Source: Gammaproteobacteria bacterium
GTDB taxonomy: Bacteria; Pseudomonadota; Gammaproteobacteria; UBA4575
DNA: 64,000 nucleotides
Direction of reading: 5' to 3'
Assembly: GCA_965222615.1 (NCBI GenBank)
Contig: CBDCUI010000009.1
Location: 32,001 to 96,000 of the forward strand
Under the pieces are notes generated by a model. That model did no database searches. It saw nothing but the letters and a program-made list of their open reading frames with translations, and was not told the DNA's origin. This document shows, piece by piece, positions 61,375 through 64,000 of this stretch (positions within the stretch are counted from its first letter, which is position 1; each line of letters opens with the position of its first letter). A program made the position numbers and the translations under genes.

Positions 61375-62516
61375 TGATGATTTGCTAACCTTAACCCCAT
61401 TTCCAAATTTTGTCTGGAGTGGTCAACTAAATAGGGATCTGGTTTTATAGGCTTGTTTGATTGAGCTATTATTTTGTAGTCGCCATGCGGATTAATTTTT
61501 GCAATCCTTGACCATAGGTATGCATGATGAGTTTCAGAATCAATCCGGATGGTACCTTGAGGTGCATTGATTTCTATTTCTGGAATAGCGCTTCTAAGTA
61601 TCGCTGTATCCAGGCTATTTGTATGTGCAAGGGCCTTAGCAAATAAATGAAATTGAAAATAAGCAGCCTCACAACACATGCTTGTACGTTGGTGTTGTCC
61701 GAATTTTTCACGATAGTTTTTTGTAAATAAATTATTAGCTTTACTATCAATAGACTCAAAATATGTCGCAGCACCGATATGTCCGCTGGCAACAGAATAC
61801 CCCATCTGTTCAATTTCAGCTTCAGATGTTACAACGCTCGCAATAGGGAGTTCAGTCGGGTCAAGGCCTATGCGGTTATATGCTTCATAAAAGCTTATAA
61901 TCGATTGCCCTACTAAAATTGAAAAAATTATATCTGGTTTATTTTTTGCGATATCTTCGATTGTTTTTGAGATTTCTTGCTCGCTAGCATTTAGCGAGTG
62001 ATACTTTTCATTTAGGATAGTACCACCACTTTCTGTGACTAGATCAAAAACTATTCTGTGTGATTCGTAAGGAAAAATATAATTTGAGCCTACCAGATAA
62101 AACCTTTTCCCATAGTTTTTGAGTAAATAATCCGTCAACCAAACGCTGTATTGATTAGGACAAGCACCTGTATAAAAGACGTTTTCAGAAAATTCAAATC
62201 CTTCATAGAAAGTCGGATAAAATAGCAAAGCATTGTTTTGTTCAATAACTGGCAACATCGCCTTGCGACTGGCTGATGTATAACCACCGAAAATAACATT
62301 TACACCATCATTATTAACTAACCGTTCAGCTAAATCATGATAATTTTCAGGATCAGAAGCTGGGTCATAAATAACAGGTTCAACCTCTCTCCCGGCGATT
62401 CCACCAGCTGCATTAACTTCTTCAATAGCAAGCAGGGTTCCGTTTAACAGTGTTTGTTCAGAAACAACGGTACAACCAGACTTAGAGAATAGAACACCGA
62501 TGCGCCAAGGTTGCAT
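61371..62516 (-). CDS. AmiC-like cytoplasmic amide sensor (periplasmic binding protein fold, no signal peptide)
   Basis: IGVLFSKSG, YDPASDP, GYTSASRKA, YPTFYEGFE, VGSNYIFP; overlaps the ANTAR gene by 4 nt. Confidence 0.88.
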   Translation of the reverse strand: MQPWRIGVLFSKSGCTVVSEQTLLNGTLLAIEEVNAAGGIAGREVEPVIYDPASDPENYHDLAERLVNNDGVNVIFGGYTSASRKAMLPVIEQNNALLFYPTFYEGFEFSENVFYTGACPNQYSVWLTDYLLKNYGKRFYLVGSNYIFPYESHRIVFDLVTESGGTILNEKYHSLNASEQEISKTIEDIAKNKPDIIFSILVGQSIISFYEAYNRIGLDPTELPIASVVTSEAEIEQMGYSVASGHIGAATYFESIDSKANNLFTKNYREKFGQHQRTSMCCEAAYFQFHLFAKALAHTNSLDTAILRSAIPEIEINAPQGTIRIDSETHHAYLWSRIAKINPHGDYKIIAQSNKPIKPDPYLVDHSRQNLEMGLRLANHQ

Positions 62517-62921
62517 GCTAATTTCGACTATTAATAAATAAAATGTGTAAGGTCACATAGTAACGAAAGCTTAAGATATTCGCTACCAAAGATAGAGTAA
62601 AAATATCATTTGTTGGTTTGTTCTAGGAGCGTTAGCCGCCGAAACCCATAAAAAAACTCAGGAAACTATACCTATAGGAAAGTATTAAGTTTTTGGTAAA
62701 AATTAACTTACTTCGCAGCATTTTTTAAAGATGATCAACCACAGTGTATTAATATGTTTTATTCAGGTTTTTTAACTTTATTAATCCTAAAGTAGTAGTC
62801 CCTTCCTTAATTAAAAAACATAAATTAGCTAGTACATAATTGTAAAGATAATGTTTCTAATTTACTTTAGATGAGTGATTTGAGATAGAATTATTCATAT
62901 AAAAATTATTAGGATAGGCTC

Positions 62922-63830
62922 ATGTGTGGGATTGCCGGCATTATGCTGAAGGACTCATCCAACTTTAAGACAGGTGAGGCTTTGGTGAATATGCTGAACG
63001 GCTGTCAACACCGTGGCCCAGATTCTACTGGTTTCGCTTTATATAGCGACTCGCATGAAAATACATTAAAACTAAGACTATTAGTAGGTAAAGGTGAAAT
63101 AGGGACTGCAGCGATTACCAGAATTAAAAAACTGCTGCAAGAATATGACGCATCCATTATAGATGAGGAGCATATTGGAGAAACCTATCGCGGAACAGTT
63201 AAATACTCAGGTGATATTCAAAAATTTTCTTACGCACTTGAACACGCCGCAAAAGTTGTTTCTATCGGAAATAGCCTGGAGATTATTAAAGATGTAGGCA
63301 GTGCAGAAGATGTAGACGAACGTTATGACATACATAAATATACGGGCTCACATGGTTTAGGACATGTACGGTTAGCAACGGAATCAGATGTGAAGCCTGA
63401 GGCTGCACATCCTTTTTGGGCCACCGGGTTTGCAGATGTTGCCATTGTACACAATGGGCAAATCACAAATTACTGGAAAATGCGCAGACGTCTTGAACAA
63501 CGTGGTTATGAATTTCGTACAGATAACGATAGTGAGCTAATCGCTGTTTATCTTGCGGATAAACTATCTCAAGGTATTGCATTAAAAGAAGCGCTTAAGA
63601 CTTCTATTGATGACCTGGATGGTACATTTTCATTCCTTGTTTCTACAAAAGATGAAATCGGTTATGCAAAAGATCGCTTGGCAGTCAAGCCTATGGTTAT
63701 GTATGAAACGGATGATTTAGTTGCGGTGGCATCTGAGGAAGTCTCGCTTAATAGATTATTTCCAGGACAAGCACTTAATACTAAAGAACCACCACCAGGA
63801 ACTTATAACACATGGTCACGATCGATCTAG
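62922..63830 (+). CDS. Class II glutamine amidotransferase, N-methylglutamate synthase subunit A-like (GlxB/MgsA)
   Basis: MCGIAG, RGPDSTG, GHVRLATES, AHPF, HNGQITN, TDNDSE. Confidence 0.8.
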   Translation: MCGIAGIMLKDSSNFKTGEALVNMLNGCQHRGPDSTGFALYSDSHENTLKLRLLVGKGEIGTAAITRIKKLLQEYDASIIDEEHIGETYRGTVKYSGDIQKFSYALEHAAKVVSIGNSLEIIKDVGSAEDVDERYDIHKYTGSHGLGHVRLATESDVKPEAAHPFWATGFADVAIVHNGQITNYWKMRRRLEQRGYEFRTDNDSELIAVYLADKLSQGIALKEALKTSIDDLDGTFSFLVSTKDEIGYAKDRLAVKPMVMYETDDLVAVASEEVSLNRLFPGQALNTKEPPPGTYNTWSRSI

Positions 63831-64000
63831 GCAAAACTTCCGTTAGAGAAGGTAACGAACAAATTCGGCAATGCGGTCAGAATGGGGAAAATGTTGAAGT
63901 CATCAATCCAGATGCGCGTCATCATATCGGCGTAGGTTTAATTCACCCCATTAATGTAAAAGTACGAGGTTCTGCAGGTTATTTCTGTGCAGGATTAAGT
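63812..64000 (+). CDS. 5' part of a GXGXG-domain protein (GlxC/MgsB-like)
   Basis: MVTIDLGKTSVREGNEQIR...NPDARHHIGVGL...RGSAGYFCAGL; overlaps the upstream gene. Confidence 0.75.
   Translation, partial: MVTIDLGKTSVREGNEQIRQCGQNGENVEVINPDARHHIGVGLIHPINVKVRGSAGYFCAGLS

Overview
AT-rich gammaproteobacterial chromosome segment (inferred from rne-rluC-maf-yceD-rpmF-plsX-fabH and uvrC-pgsA-tRNA-Gly synteny) with C1/organosulfur genes (mtoX, glcDEF, start of an N-methylglutamate synthase operon). Three accessory regions stand out. (1) 1-8670: an apparently split Rhs system. A 2265-aa secreted YD-repeat shell stops where the Rhs-associated core should begin and carries a 3x333-aa Ig/CBM-like tail instead. 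The core plus toxin tip is a separate gene with its own signal peptide, followed by a putative immunity gene and the start of a second such cartridge. (2) 39432-55105: a 15.6-kb element integrated in tRNA-Gly(GCC) that duplicates the 5' half of the tRNA. It encodes an integrase, an excisionase with an ATT start, an SF2 helicase, a protein resembling T7-like small terminases, an HTH-nuclease-STAND defence protein and a cassette-like cargo array bounded by 30-bp palindromic sites. No capsid or tail genes are recognisable, so it is a candidate phage satellite. (3) 55430-64000: a divergent urease-family cluster (ureE-F-AB-C-G-D) under AmiC/AmiR (ANTAR) antitermination control, back-to-back with N-methylglutamate synthase genes. 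All family assignments are from motif recognition by eye; no database searches were run.
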